Source of the DNA: Eremomyces bilateralis CBS 781.70
Taxonomy: Eukaryota
DNA length: 49,999 nucleotides
Assembly: GCA_010015585.1 (NCBI GenBank)
Contig: ML975150.1
Direction: 5' to 3' (one strand)
Shown here: one piece after another, positions 1-14,646 of the stretch
Position numbering within the stretch: the stretch's first letter is position 1
How the letters are laid out: each line of letters begins with the position of its first letter
Notes under the pieces: generated by a model
Database searches by the model: none
The model's input: the letters and a program-made list of their open reading frames with translations, nothing else
Told to the model about the DNA's origin: nothing
Translations under genes and position numbers: made by a program

Positions 1-3000
1 GGAGGAGGCTGGCGATCTCTGGAACAAGCTTTGGCGAGCACGGGTATTATCAACGCCTCGCAAGACGGCCTTATGCACGTTCCCGGCCTCGAGCAGTTAT
101 TTGGTTGTCTCCTGGCATTTGCCCTGGGAGAAGAAGCCATGAGTCGGGTGTTCCGAGATATCGAGGCACACCTCTCCCGCATATCTACTACCATACACAA
201 GCCGATAGACGATGGCAGTATGAAGGACACACACTCGGTTGCTGACTTGACCTCACACATGGTTCCTTTCCTCGAGAAATTCTTTAGTGGTAATGAGGTC
301 GTACGAAATCCGGAAGCACTTCTGCTCGCGTTCAACTTTTGGACCATATTAGTCAAAAGCCCACTGGATCGGTCCTTGCGGTGCCTGTCCGTCGGATTCT
401 TACACTCTTTACAGATCATCACCACCCAATCAACCCGGAACGCGGTAGCCGTTCACGGGACGGGTGTGCTTGGCCCCATACTCCGGCTTTTGCTCGACGA
501 CGAGGCCCTTGAAGAGGAAATTCAAGTTTTACCGCTGCTCGCGGACAGCATGATGCAAATGGGCGTCACGAAGCTGGACGATGCATACTTTTTATTTCGT
601 CGAGCAAGCATCTCGTCCGAGGCCGCAAACTTCACGCTCCGAGCCATTCGAGTATCGCGCGGCCCGGCTTTTATCCAATTTGACCTCAGCCCCTCAGGAT
701 ATGCCTCCGTGGAGTTCTCTCGGCTGGGTCGTTCGTTTCCTCCACCCGCCTCGAGTGCGGGATACAGTTTCTGTGCCTGGATCTATATTGACAAGTTTGA
801 TTCCTCCACACACACGACCATTTTTGGGGCCTACGATGCTGGTCAAATATGTTTCCTCCTGGCGTACATCGAAAAAGACTCGAGACAGTTTATCTTGCAG
901 ACTTCCCTTACGCAAGCTTCGTCACGATCGAGTGTTCGCTTCAAATCCACCACTTTTGAACCAGGGAGATGGTACCACCTTGCCATCGTACATCGCAGAC
1001 ACAAAGCTACTACTCCCAGTCGCGCGACGTTGTATGTCGACGGTCACTTCACCGAGGAGGTCCGATGCCATTACCCAAGTCGACCCGCCGCCAGGACGAT
1101 CAGCACGGAAAGTTTCGGATCTTTATCGGGAAGTTCAAGGCAAGAAGAACATGTGCAGGCCTTTCTTGGAACTCCCCAAGCGCTGGCTTCAATTGTTGGA
1201 AGCAATGTGGTGAACACCAGATGGTCGTTGGCATCCTTCCATTTGTTTGAAGATGCCCTTTCCGATGAGTTGATTGCTGTCTACCAGAAGATGGGACCAC
1301 GATATTTTGGAAACTTCCAAGATACTCTCGGTTCATTCCAAACGTATCGCGCTTCCGCAGAGCTGGGCCTCCTGAACGATGCACTACACCCCAGCAAAGA
1401 TGAAAAATCCGAGATCGCATCCGCCATTAAACAGAAAGCTGCGAATGTCCTGCCGGAAAGCAAGGTTATGCTCAGCATCTCGCCCCTAACGGTGTTAGAC
1501 AGCGAGGATCACAACCACATCGATGAATCTGAACTCATCAAATCCCTCTCCCGTGATGCGGCTCATAACCTTCGATCCTATACTCTCCTGGAGGGTCATT
1601 CGATTGCGGTGAACGCTGCGAATCCTTCTATCAACAACTCCTTATGCCATCCCGACTCGATCGGCGTCTTGACTGGGCATCCAGTTGTTTGCATTCCTCA
1701 TGGCATTGATGACGCTGCATGGAGTATCGGAGGCTGCACAGGCATCGCCTTGAAACTCATCCATCTAGCAAAATCACCGGAAGCCATTGTCACCGCGGTG
1801 AAGATTCTATTCGCCCTTGTCGAAGATCATTGGAGGAATAGTGAGGCCATGGAACGAGAAGCCGGATATGCCGTACTCTCCGGTCTTATCCAGGATAAAC
1901 TTGGCATCCGCAACATGATTTCTCAAGGCGTTCCTCGAGCGGATACGGGTCGGGTCGATACCGAAGAGATGGAAAGCCTTGCGGCCGATATCCTGGACGA
2001 AATCCTTCGTTTTGTTGGCTATGACCACGAGTCACCACAGGAATCTATTATCACCAATCCTTTGGCTTACCGAACGCTTCTTGTCGAGCCGGATACCTGG
2101 CGAAGGGTTCCACTGAAGATCCAACGAACCTATTACGAGCAATTCATCCAATTCGCGGAGAATAGTAAACACCATCGGTTCAATAACAAGCGTCTGGTCC
2201 GAATGCGCATCATCAAACGTCTCATCGAAGCTTTAAAAGGGGAACGTTTCTCGGAGGCGTTTCCGGACTTTTTGAGAGCCTTCAAAACCCTCATCAAGTG
2301 TAACATGTCCCCCGAAATATTACGAAACTTGTCTCTCTTTATCACCTTCGCCCTTCATGATGAGCGCTTCAGCTTGAATCGTTCTCGCCGGCAAGGCGCA
2401 CGGGCTCCGAACGCTCTCCAATCTGTCACTCCAGATCCGGCCACCCCACGGTCGGTCAGTCCGCAAGATGACAGTGATATAGATATATCACGCGAAGAGA
2501 TTGGTGTACGGATACTCCAGCTGTATACGGAGCTGACTTGCGATCCGGGTTCGATTGTTATGTTAAAGCAATTTTCCCGATCAATTACCAGCAAGGTTCG
2601 TGGTTCCGCCGTTATATCGACGATCGCTAACCGTTTAGTGGTTGTTCTCTCTCCTTGCCGAACGAGATCCTCGGGCGGTCCTATGCAGTACAAGAATATT
2701 CGCTCGTCTTCTCGTCACGAGCGGCACAAGCTACGTGAAATCTTTCGCCGACCATTCTGGAGGGTTCGTTATTTTCAAGAGACGGCTCAGGGCATGGTGG
2801 AATATGCCAGCCATGTGGACGGTATGCTTTGCCATCCTCTTCGGTTGTGACATTGCAAAAATCGACTTCGATGAAGACTTCAATCTCGCAAGCCTTACGT
2901 CAATCTTTCCCGTTGAGTCGAACAATATCATGTTCCCTCAAATGCTTCCGGTACTTTTCTCCATGCTTGAAGCTGGCCTGCTATCGCTATCTTTCGACGA

Positions 3001-6000
3001 AGAGTCCACGCTAGCTCAGAAAGATCAAGATCCCGTCACAAGTGGGAAGAGCACGGAGACAAGTCATCTGCATCCCCGGTCGATGTCTTTGGGCAAAGAT
3101 TCCCACGGTCTTAGTCCGAAGGACTCGCGGATTCCAGGACATGCGGAAGTGCTTCGTACCGTGATCGAATTTCTCACCGAACTCCACCTCAAGTCCCAAT
3201 CCTTCAGAAATTTTGCCATATCATCGGATTATGTGTCCCAACTGCTGTTTGCTCTATACCCAGTAGCTGTCTCCTCGGAGAGGGTCAGTGCAGAGACGGA
3301 ACTGCATTCTCGAGGTCAAGTTCTTAGTTTCGATGGCCAAGACATCAACGTGCAGCCTCGGGTCGATTCCGAGGAGTCGCATATTATGCGGACTACTCTC
3401 GTCGATTCCCCGCCGAGTCCAGCGACGCAAAAGGTAATCCCTTTGAGACGAGGGTCGACTTTCATTCTCCTTACTCCTCGCAATGCTCCGGATCACCCAG
3501 CCGTCGCTCGTCTCAACGCTATCGTACGGCCGACCGAGCGAGAGTCTCGATCGTTTCGAATCGGGAATGCCTTGGTCGAAGAACTTCTTAACGTGGTGAT
3601 CGCCGTATTTTTGGATCAGATTCTCTTCCGACGAGAGTTCCCAGGCTTTGGCCTATTCCTCAAAGTTCCCCCTGGATTTGTGGAACATCAGGCCTGCTTC
3701 CTGTCTTATATTCTCATTCAAACGATGTCGACCGTCTCGAATAACCTCCGATTGAACCAAAAGCTGGCCATGGAACCTCGCGTTCTGATGAATCTCGCAC
3801 GGTATGCCTCCCATATGTGTGAGGCACTCTTCGAAGGTTGGTTCCTAGGGGGCGCGAATCCGTTATTGGACTTTCTTGGTGGACTCCTGGAAATCCTTCA
3901 ACGGCCAGATGTGGCAGAATCGAAGAACGTTCGCCTCTGCAGTTCCGCCGTGACAACACTGCGTTCCATTTTCCTACGGGTCGTACTGCTGCAGCTGTCT
4001 GAGCTCAACCAAGCGAAGAAAGTCGAATCTACCGCTTTCCTGTCGAAATTGACCTACTGGCAGACCGTTATCCTCTCTCCTGAAAATCTTGAGGACCACT
4101 ACCTGCGGTTGATGAGCTTTCTATTGTACACCAAACTGATTGACAAAGAGGAGGGCATCCGTCGGGCGGCTGCGGATTTTTGGCGTATGATCCTCGTACA
4201 AAAGCCGGTCGAGACGGCTCAGATGTTCAACAATGCGACTTCTCCAGAGCACCGAGACCTTGCGAATGGATTTCGAAAGATCATCGAGCTTGATAACGAC
4301 GCATTTCTCTCATGGACGGAGTCACATCGAAATGACCTGAATCAACTCTTCTTTACCAGCATGCAGAAGAAATGGGAAGAGCATGTAGCGATCGAGAACC
4401 TACGATCGGAGGAAACCGCCAAATCTCGGATCCAACGGCGGCGTGAGCGGCTGAAACAATGGAATGCTGAAGAAATCCTGTCCGACAAAATCTGGCGTCG
4501 CCACGAAGCCGAATCGGGGCTTTGGCGTCTCAATGTTCACTCTGCCGAACGAGCAAGGCACCAGCGAGCGCTTCAAGACCAACAAGATAATTTTGTCGAG
4601 AATGGAGCGGCTTTTGAGAGAATGGGGAAAATGATGCGAGATCCTGGCCAATTGTTTGAGACATCGCAACCGAAGAAATGGCAGCTCGACGAAACTGAAG
4701 CGCGAGATCGGGTGAGGCTCAAGATCATCCCTGAAACCATCCCTCGAGATGATGAATACCAGCCCAAACGACGAACGACTGGCAATATGGAATCCAAGAA
4801 ATTGAGTATTGATACACAAGTGAAGCAATCAACGAAGGATATGATCGGTGTTACACCCGTCATGGTCCATCAAATCGATGATCTTCCCGGACCCTCTGAT
4901 CCCGACTTGCCCGCGGCTCGGGATGGAGATGGCGATGATGAATTCGAGATGATTGATGATCCAAATGAAGATGAAGATGCCGCAGAGGACAAGAATCGTA
5001 AAGTATTACGCAGTCTGACACCCGGTGATTCGATCCAACACGTTTGCAACGTATCTCGAATTGTTGGCCTTGAAGCCCGCGAAGGGTTACTCATCATCGG
5101 AAGCACGACTCTCTATCTTCTCGACAATTATTTTCACCGCTCGGATGGTGAGGTCGTGAGTGTAGGGCAGGCTCCGCAAGAAGAACGGGATCCATATCTT
5201 CAAATCATTCTTGGGCAGGAGAAGAAGCGGACCAGATCCAATGTGGTTGATCAGACCAAGCGCCATTGGTCTTGGCCCAGTGTCATCAGCGTTTCCAAGA
5301 GGCGATTCATTTTCCGAGATGTGGCCATTGAAATCTTCTTTGGTGATGGACGAAGTTATCTTCTAACAACGCTCACTCCTCATATTCGGAACGATTTGTA
5401 CTCCAGGCTCGTTTCCAAGGCGCCGCAGGTGAATACACCCATTTCACCATCGATCACGGAAGATGCTTGGAGGCTCGAGGCGTTGAGAAATCCTGACGAG
5501 GCACCCCAATCGATTGGGGCCAAGTTTGCCAATGTCTTTAACTCCGTCTCATCGAATCCGGCCACCCGCAAATGGGTGAAAGGGGAGATGTCCAATTTTG
5601 CCTACCTCATGTGGATCAATACATTGGCCGGACGGACGTTCAATGATCTGACGCAATACCCGGTGTTCCCCTGGGTGCTGGCTGACTATACTAGCGAAGA
5701 GTTAGACCTTACCAACCCCAAGACCTTCAGGGATTTGTCCAAACCGATGGGTTGCCAGACCGCCACCCGAGAAGCGGAATTTCGCGAGAGGTATCAGTCT
5801 TTCGCCGAGATGGGAGATCACACGGCGCAACCATTCCATTACGGAACGCATTACTCGTCAGCCATGATTGTCACCTCTTACCTGATTCGATTGCAACCTT
5901 TCGTTGCGTCCTATCTTTTGCTTCAAGGCGGAACATTTGATCATGCGGACCGAATATTCCACTCGATCGAACGGGCATGGATGTCCGCTTCCCGGGATAA

Positions 6001-7473
6001 CATGACCGACGTCCGTGAACTGACTCCAGAGTTCTTCTACCTCCCGGACTTTCTCGCCAACGTGAACAAGTACAACTTTGGTCTCAAGCAGAACGAGAAG
6101 GAGAGGATCGGTGATGTCGTTCTTCCACCGTGGGCCAAGGGCAGCCCGAACATCTTCATTGCACGGCATCGCGAGGCGCTTGAAAGTCCATATGTGAGCC
6201 AACACCTTCATCTATGGATTGACTTGGTGTTCGGGTATAAACAGCTGGGAGAAGCGGCTATGGAAGCTACCAACGTCTTCCATCATTTGTCGTACCGCGG
6301 CGCAGCAGACCTGGATGCGATTGAAGATCCAGTGGTGCGGGTGGCGACAACCGGTATCATTCACAACTTTGGCCAAACCCCACACCAAGTATTTCAACGA
6401 CCTCATGTCGAGCGCGAGGAGGATAAACCACGATACAAGCGTCTGGATAGTTCGGCAGAATCCCTAGTCCGGCTTCCACAGCCCCTTCTTGACAGCCGTG
6501 AGGCTATTACCTCTCTTCTTTATTCATCCAAAGTCGATCGTCTCCTCTGCGCCGGTGCGTTTCGATTAAACATTCCACCAATGTATGACCGGTACATGGA
6601 ATGGGGTTTTGCGGATGATAGTGTGCGGTTCTATTCGTCCGACAATCGTCGACTCCTCTCCTTGTTTGAACATGTGCACCAGGGGCAGGTTGCGTGTGCA
6701 CTGTTTGTGGATGGCAAGACTTTGGTCACTGCCGGAACCGACTGTGTCCTCATCATACACAGTGTGATCTCCCAATCTCGCACGGTAGATCTTCGAGCGC
6801 TTTCGTCACTGTATGGTCATCGAAACTCGATCACCGCTCTTGCGGCGTCAAAAACGTTCGGCGCCCTTGTATCGTGCGATTCGAGTGGGAAGGTCTACCT
6901 ATGGGACTTGAATCGGTTCGAGTTTATTCGAGAGATTAATCACCGAGGCCAACCAGTGCATTGCGCTCGTATCAACAATGTTTCCGGAGATATCGTTTTA
7001 TGCTCGGGATCGCATCTGCTCTTGTACACGCTGAACGGCAAGCTGTTGCTAGACCAAGATCTTTGTGACACGGAGGAGATCGATGATGTCGTTTCGACAT
7101 GTGCATTCTATGAAGGTGTTGGAAATGAGTGGCTGGTGAGGGAGTTGATGTTCACAGGTCACAAACGCGGAGTTGTCAAGGTAAGGCTGCCCTGTGTAAA
7201 TTCGAGGAAATATTGACAGTTATCAGGTCTGGCAAAAGGCCATTGACACATACGGAAAATGGGGCTTGGAGTTAGTCAAGCGCCTTGAACATGCGGAGTT
7301 TACACATGGAGCGATTCTAAACCAGACGCCCCGAATCACCTGCATTCTACCCATTCATCAAGTTGTATATACAGGAGATGAGAATGGACGAGTGGTAAGT
7401 CATCGATGTGTCAATTCCCATCCTTAACGCTAACGATGTGTAGTATGAATGGGACTGTATGAAGCAATCATGA
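1..7473 (+). CDS. BPH1: Beige/BEACH domain protein (ConA-like, PH-BEACH, WD40); 5' end lies outside the window
   Basis: Frame open from base 1. Introns 2596-2638, 7181-7226 and 7395-7443 join the 939-aa and 1524-aa ORFs and two short exons; stop TGA at 7471-7473. BEACH motifs: SNFAYLMWINTLAGRTFNDLTQYPVFPWVLADY, FHYGTHYSS, DVRELTPEFFY, LHLWIDLVFGYKQ, NFGQTP; WD40-like repeats follow. Confidence 0.93.
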
Positions 7474-10189
7474 TCCGATTCACCGTGACGCTTGATATTT
7501 TACTTTGTACATAGCTAGTCGATTAAGCTGGTCACTGGTCATTGGATCTACCATCGCTCTACTTATTTACCAATGCCAATTTCCGTTACATTCTGTGTCA
7601 ATGGTCGACCAACCGTTTAGGGAATCAAAATCAGTTGTCGGCAAGATCACCGTGGAACTTTACGAATTATCGACGACCATGACGACCATGCGGATCACAC
7701 GGAAGTCTAGCTATTAAAGTAGTTCCGTCCTATCCACGACTTCAAATCTTTGAGGCCTCAAGGACCCTATCAAGCACCACGTTACGGTACCGCGATACCT
7801 AACGATCACGGAGTGAAGGAGCGGAAGGTCCTTAGCTAATTTAGGTTCGAGATGATCGTGTGTATTCGTATCCGCCAAGTATCAAAGGTGTTATTCATAC
7901 TGTTCTGGATCGGACGAACAGAAGCTCAGCGAATAGTCCGTTTCAGGCTGGCAAGACCTCTTTTATCACCATAAAGACTGCCAATCAGGACCGCGGCATG
8001 GACGTCCTCCTGGCTCCTGCAGTATCAAAAATTTCATTCCGCCACGGCCCTTGACCACGATCTCGAAATGAATATGAGCTGCAAAGCATACCTTCCTAGC
8101 CAGACCATTGCACTAGTATTGTCTTACCTTGTCAGCGGTATTGCTCTGGGTTCGTCCGAATCTCGGACCGTGTTGCATTTTCAACTCGCAAGTCGCAGCT
8201 AGCAATCCGCATCATGCAAGTTGTGCATGGGTTATGAGAATATTGATGCAAACCCCCCACGCACGCCATTCCGATCTGCTCGAACAGGCCACGGAGTACG
8301 GGCATGAGCATCGGCATCGTGTGATCATGGTTGTACTCCTGCTTGCTGGCCCCGCATAGTGGGGTATCTAGAAGGAGACCAGGCTTCACAAGGAACCCAC
8401 GAGGTGGTAAGGCTAGAGATTGGAATCGCGGTTACCGACAGAGAGGGATGAATCGGTAGAGTTCACCAATCAGTAAGGCGTGGAGTTGCCAGGACGGGCT
8501 TGTCATTCAGACGCATATCCTCCATAATTAGGCAGGGGGTGAAATGACGACGAGAGAAGGCCGACGAGACTTTCACGCTCTCCTCGTGATATAATTTTGC
8601 CTTCCGTTGCTCAGAAGCCTTGTTTCCGCCGCTGAAGAGGCATGTGGGTGTCTGATACCGCATCGATCAAGGCATCATTTTGTCCCAAATGTGTACACTG
8701 TACAATCAGGTAATGGGCGGATAAGAGGTAACCGTGTCTACCAAAGGAACAAGACGTGCGATCAGCCACTCTACAATCAATTGATACACGAAGATCCAGT
8801 ATCGTTCCGGACTCCTGAGGGTTCGGTCGAAAGGTACACATATTCTCAAGGCCTGAGCCATGACATGAGTAAATGTCGGAACAATCGGTAAAACGGAATT
8901 CGGGATCATCCTACACTCTGGAGATGAGCCACTTGTGGTGATGATTGAGATTAGATCTTTCTGAACCGACCCCTTCTGCAACTTGACCTGGTTGTATGAC
9001 AGGGCAACACATGATCCGCTAGTGGACAACAATGTGCATCTGTTACCGTCGATCTTCGAGAATTGTTCGGCAAAGCTGGTTGACGGATTACGAACCGTTG
9101 TCAATTGTTGCTGCAAGAGCATGCAGAACGAGACTTATTCCGTCCGTAAAGGCCGAAGGCATTGTTCTCTGGTCGGAATGACGAAGCAAGATCGGGAATG
9201 AGCATGTGGATAAAAACACGGTGTAGCTCCGAATCCTTCCCCAGAGTTCTTGGGTGAGAAGTCTTGTGCTGTACGTACTGTTGTTGTGCAGGGCCAACGC
9301 AACTTGGTCTCCTTAACTCCTATGAGTCCTACCCAAGACCTGGGCAATTCAATCAGCCTTGGTTGACCAAATGTGCAACAGCACAAGGAACCAGTGGTGT
9401 TGGCATGCAGAGGCACTTGCACGGGGACCCAATTCATGGCCTATCCAGACGAACGTCGCAAGAATCCGGATCCCCCGAACGTCATTCGGGATTTGAATGT
9501 TTGGACCGGATGGATAGGGCGGATCCCTTGACTTGTAGTCAGGGCATGTAGGGGCCAGTGGCATGGTGCAATCAGGATAAAGACGGACGACGGGAAGGTT
9601 GTGAGGGGTTATTGGACGGGGGCCGCCATCTCGGAGATGCGGCAGGGAGACTTCCAGGGCCGGATGGGGAGTGCAAGGCTCTAAGGTGAATGCCCTAAGA
9701 TCTGAATGGGTATTGAATATTAGGCATTTGGTATTATTGTTCACGACTGTTTTGGGCAGTTAACCTACGTCAGTCAGTTAGCTGTCAGTTCACAGTTGGG
9801 GATCACGACTCCGCGGACATAGACAATTAGACATGAATTGAAAGCGGATGCACGGCAGCATGGAGCCAACAGTGGAGCCTGTACGTAATTAACTCCTGGA
9901 GGAGTGGAAGAATGGAAGCCTTCTTGAATTGAATCGAATGAATTGAACGATTGATCAGCTTCCTTCTCTTTGCCCAGTGGCCCAAGTATTGCCCAGCACC
10001 CGATCGCCGTCCGATGGTGTCCCGTTCCGTTGCGAGTTGCGAATCTGCGAATCCCACTCCGACGGCGTGATTAGGTATTCGGATTATGACATGAGATACG
10101 AAGAGTAGGAGTTAATATCTTACCGTGGATGTGAAGGGATGAGATGGAATTGTCGGGTCTCTAATTAGGCTCTAATGACTCCCTATTTT

Positions 10190-10255
10190 GCCATCATCGC
10201 CATCATCGCCATCATCACCACCATCACCTCCATCACCTCCATCACCACCATTGCC
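10190..10255. repeat. Degenerate 9-bp/CAT microsatellite (CCATCATCG / CCATCACCT)
   Basis: gccatcatcgccatcatcgccatcatcaccaccatcacctccatcacctccatcaccacc read directly. Confidence 0.85.
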
Positions 10256-11221
10256 ACACGTGACTTAGTCAGCAGGTCAGCACTTGTCGATTCTCCAATC
10301 CCTTCGACGATTGCCGCATTTCGTCATCGGATTTATAACCCGTTCGGTTTAAATTGGAATTATCCTTACCGTTATCGATACCAGACCCCGTCTAATCAAC
10401 TTACTCAACCGAATATGTACGGCCAGACTGCCAGTCCCTACCCGCCCATTTGAAGCCGCCGCATGCCGCGTTATCCCCGGCCATTCCATCCCGATGCCTG
10501 TCTCCCAGAAATCCATCGTGTCTTGCCTCTTGATCTCTTGGATCTCTTGGAAATGATGGATCAATTGCAACCATTTAAACCATCCCTCTTGGCCTTGGCT
10601 TTTTTCCTTCGCCGTCTGCCATTCCTGTCCTTTCTTAACTCACTCTTGAACTCCCTCACTCTCTAGTCTTAGTGTCTTATATATATCCCCACGGACCCTT
10701 TCTCCAGCTGCCCTCTCCAATCCCACCATTACCGTCTTCTCCATATTTCCCTCGAGAAATCCGCGACAAATCTGCCTTGCCGAATCATCCGCCGTCGACT
10801 TGGTCCTCCCGATCATCTCAGATCATATCCTTTTCCAACTCAACCTTGCTCCTCTGGAAATTGCAGAGTACCGAACCTTTTCATGGCTTCGTCCCCCTCC
10901 GTCTCCTCACCTCGCATCATCAACTCCACACGAGGCTCGACCTCGCCCATCCTCGCCTACTATCTCCAACCCAGCAGTTTGCAACGCGCTTAGCGAATTC
11001 GAGTCTCTTTCGCATCCCTTCTCTCTCGACCATCACCGTTCAATTGAGCCTGATTTGGAACGCATTGATGATCTGGTGTCGTCCGTGCCACTGTCTGACC
11101 GCGCAGCGCGCCTTTCTGTCTAGCTTCTGACCCGATAACCCCCACCAAGCACGAGGCACACACTCCAACCGTCCTGGCTGTCCACCGTCCCCGTCCGATC
11201 TTGTACGAACCGAAGGTCATC

Positions 11222-13720
11222 ATGGCATCTTCCCAGACCGAGCAAAGACATCGACCAGTCGAGCAATCCGTCCAAATGCCGGTGAATGCGGTTTCGCACC
11301 TAGTTTCGCCCCCTGTCGCTACCGGAATCGGACCCCCATCCGCGACATCGACACCCCAGCAACCACCTGCCTCCGATTCCGAATCTCGTCTGAAATCCAC
11401 CCAAGTAGAGGATGATGGTACTGGAAGTGGAAGCGAGACGGCAGAACCAATCACTCCGACCAGCGATGCGAATCACCATCGATTCCACGACCATGGCGAA
11501 TTGCCCGCGTCCGACCATCACATTCTGCCTCAATACGCGCCGGCCATGAATTTGAAACCTCCCACCCCCATACAGACCATCCCTAATACCACTTCTCCCA
11601 TATTAGAGTCACCATCGCGGTCGCCAACTCGGGCTACAAATCATTCCATCGCCCCTGGTCCGGATCCACTACGTCCACGACCAGTGTTTGTACCAAAGAC
11701 TCTCCCCGATACTCCTCCACCACCACGAAAATCTCCGTCGCAATCATCCAGCGAAGAGCCTGCAACACCGAAAGGTGGAATTGGCAAACGAGTGGGTAGC
11801 TTCGTGAAAAGTCGTCTTGGACGTACCTCATCAAGCAAAAACAAGAACAGTCTGGTCCCCGATGGCACCGACGCCAACTCCAACAACATCAACCGCCCCA
11901 ACACAGGAGCAGTTGATTCCTCCACGCCAACACCCAAAGCCAAACGCATCAGCTCATTCTCCCTCTCCGTTCGAAACTCCCCGAACACGTCCAAGACCAA
12001 CTCGGGTACCAACACTCCTCCATCCCCAGCCTCGCCAATCGAGAACAATGCGTTAGAAAAGTCCCAGACATATAATGGCATTGCCGGTGGTCACTCGCAG
12101 TCAACATCTGGGATTGCACGGATGTCATCTCCCAGGCCAGGCGTTACCTGGGGCAGCGTCCCTTCGGGTAGTGGTCTGCAAGTGCCCGGACCCCATCGCC
12201 GCCGCTCCGCTAGTACCGACCAAATTCCCATCATCCGGCCGACGACCGATGATCAAGAAGGCGATCCGACCGATGGCCTACGGATTTCCTACTCCAAAAT
12301 GGCCGTCGAAGGCACCGGCCTCAAAGCTCGCCGGTTAAGCACGAGTCTCCCGGGCGAGTTTTGGGTGGATTTCTGCGAACTCGAAAAGGAATACAAATCG
12401 CCAAGCATCTTCCCCGGCCGACGTGGTCATCTAGTGGGCAAAGGCGCTACGGCGACCGTCACATTGATGCAGCGGCGCGGTGGACACAAAGATGAGCTAT
12501 ATGCCGTCAAGGAGTTCCGTGGGAAGGACAAGTCCGAGGCTGAGGAGGAGTACATTCAGAAAGTCAAGTCGGAGTTCAGCATCGCCAAGAGTCTACATCA
12601 TCCCAACATTGTCGACACGGTGCAATTGTGTGTGCAACATGGTCGTTGGAACCATGTTATGGAGTACTGCCACGTGGGAGAGCTCTATACCCTCGTTGAG
12701 AGAGGGTTATTCCGTACCTACTACAAACTGGAAGACCGGCTGTGTTTCTTCAAGCAGATCGCTCGGGGGATTGATTATTTGCACAGTCACGGCATCGCAC
12801 ATCGAGACATCAAGCTGGAAAATTTGCTTATGACGAATGAGGGCTACATCAAAATCACGGACTTCGGAGTCTCGGAGGTATTCTGTGGCGCCCATCCAGG
12901 ATTACGAGAGAGCGGCGGCCAGTGTGGAAAAGATATGGGCGAGATTCGTCGATGTGCTCCGGGCATATGCGGTAGTTTGCCGTACATTGCGCCGGAGGTG
13001 TTGGAAAAGAACGGTACGTACTTGTCTGAGCTCCTTGTGCTTTTCATATCCCTTGTCATTTTCGATGTTGCATTCGCCCTTTATTCACCGTTGCATTCCC
13101 TCCGCCTTCCCCCGCATCCCATCATCCAATGACGTCACCTCATCCCGAAATATTGCCAGTCTTTCCGATTATGATTTTGACAACTTCGTTCCGACCATGC
13201 TGACACCGTCACATCAGGCGACTATGACCCGCGACCGCTCGACGTCTGGTCCTGCGCCATTGTCTTCCTCACCATGACCTATAGTGGTTCACCTTGGCAA
13301 GCCGCCAAGCCTGAATACCAGCACTACGCCAAATTCGCCAAAGGTTGGAGCGACTGGCTCGCCGTGCATCCTGACGGCATGATCAACGATGGTGTGGAGG
13401 GCACTCCGAAATGTGGCCCTGTTTTTGCCCGTCTCGACTCCGCACCCCTGAAACGTTTGATGTTGAAAATGCTTCACCCCGACCCCAAGAAGCGCATCAG
13501 TATGGCTGACGCGCTTCGCACTGGACTCTTGAAGAGCGTGGATTGTTGTTCGGCGGAAAGCTTCGAAGAACCTGAACAACGGGGTGCTGTCGATGCTACC
13601 AGCAAGAAGAGCTGCAAGGCAAACCGAGTGCTCAAGAAACATTCACATTTGCCACCTCGCGAACATAAGACGCCGAGGGTGCTACGACATCGTTTCGATA
13701 TGGGCGATGGGTACTCATGA
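11222..13720 (+). CDS. Ser/Thr protein kinase, fungal HAL/NPR (Hrk1/Ptk2/Sat4-like) family, ~764 aa
   Basis: Exons 11222-13013 and 13218-13720 (intron GTACGT..GCTGAC..CAG). Motifs GKGATATV, YAVKEF, EFSIAKSLHHPNIV, HRDIKLEN, DFG, GSLPYIAPE, then YDPRPLDVWS after splicing. Long Ser/Pro-rich N-terminus. Confidence 0.9.
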
Positions 13721-14646
13721 GAGCAGCACTTCCCACATCCGAGTACATTGGAGAGAGGTCTAGAATAATATCACTTACTGTTTCGTGTAATTTGGTATAT
13801 CTCCAGACTGACAGGAATGTACATAGTCGTCGGATCCGACGAGTTTCCACGGCATGGTTGTTTATACCATGAAGTCCGTCGCAATTAATTGGGATGGGCA
13901 TGGCCCAAAAAATAGGAGATACCATGCATAGTGCTTGTAAAATCTGTGTATGATAGAACCCGAGGCACCGGTTGATAAGCTCAGTAAAAGGCATGAATTG
14001 AGTTCGGCTTTGACTAGGTTCCATGGAGTCCGCCGGGTAGACAGAACTCTTATTCAAAAGGATGAATTACACGTTTCACCGTATGGTCGAACCGTGGACA
14101 GATTCCAATCAAACTAAGGTATTTTCTATCAACCGGATGGTTTCGTTTCTCTGGTTCGTGATGTGTTGCTCGCCACCAGCGGTTACAGAGTAGCAAATAT
14201 ATAAATTGAGACCGCGCAGACCAGGATAGTACGTGCAATCGTCATATACGAGGACAAGGTGATGGAGATCGTATTCACTTGAGGTGCACTGTTTAAGCAC
14301 ATCATTCTCCGGATTTTCGAACACACATAGTATCCAGGACTCAATGTCAACGAGAACTAAAATTCAAGACCCAATTTACTAGAGCTGGCCGAATGCCTTG
14401 GGATTCTCCTGTCCCGGTAACAGGAATGGAGGCTGAATCGTAGAGCCGGACCCCACCTGAATTGTATCCGAAGCGTAAAGCGATAGACGACTGACAAGAA
14501 AGAGGAATTGGACCCTTATCAGGTTCAACTGCGAAAAGAATAACGAATTGAAGCCCGATTATTGCAAGATTGCACTATATTTTACCTCTTTGCCCGAACT
14601 AGTAGGTAGGTACCTTACTGTGCCAGTACCAATTCAAGTTTTGAAG

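Noticed and set aside
2581..2850. Apparent frameshift or two separate genes (939 aa and 1524 aa ORFs)
   Set aside because: Resolved by a 43-nt intron at 2596-2638 with a GCTAAC branch site.
7505..10100. Many 60-140 aa ORFs on both strands between the BEACH gene and the kinase
   Set aside because: No recognisable motifs and no consistent splice chain found; treated as intergenic/regulatory. A lncRNA or highly degraded gene cannot be excluded.
10175..11130. Short ORFs upstream of the kinase (IIAIIAIITT.., Pro/Ser/Leu-rich)
   Set aside because: Explained by the microsatellite and a CT-rich 5' leader; no evidence for functional uORFs.
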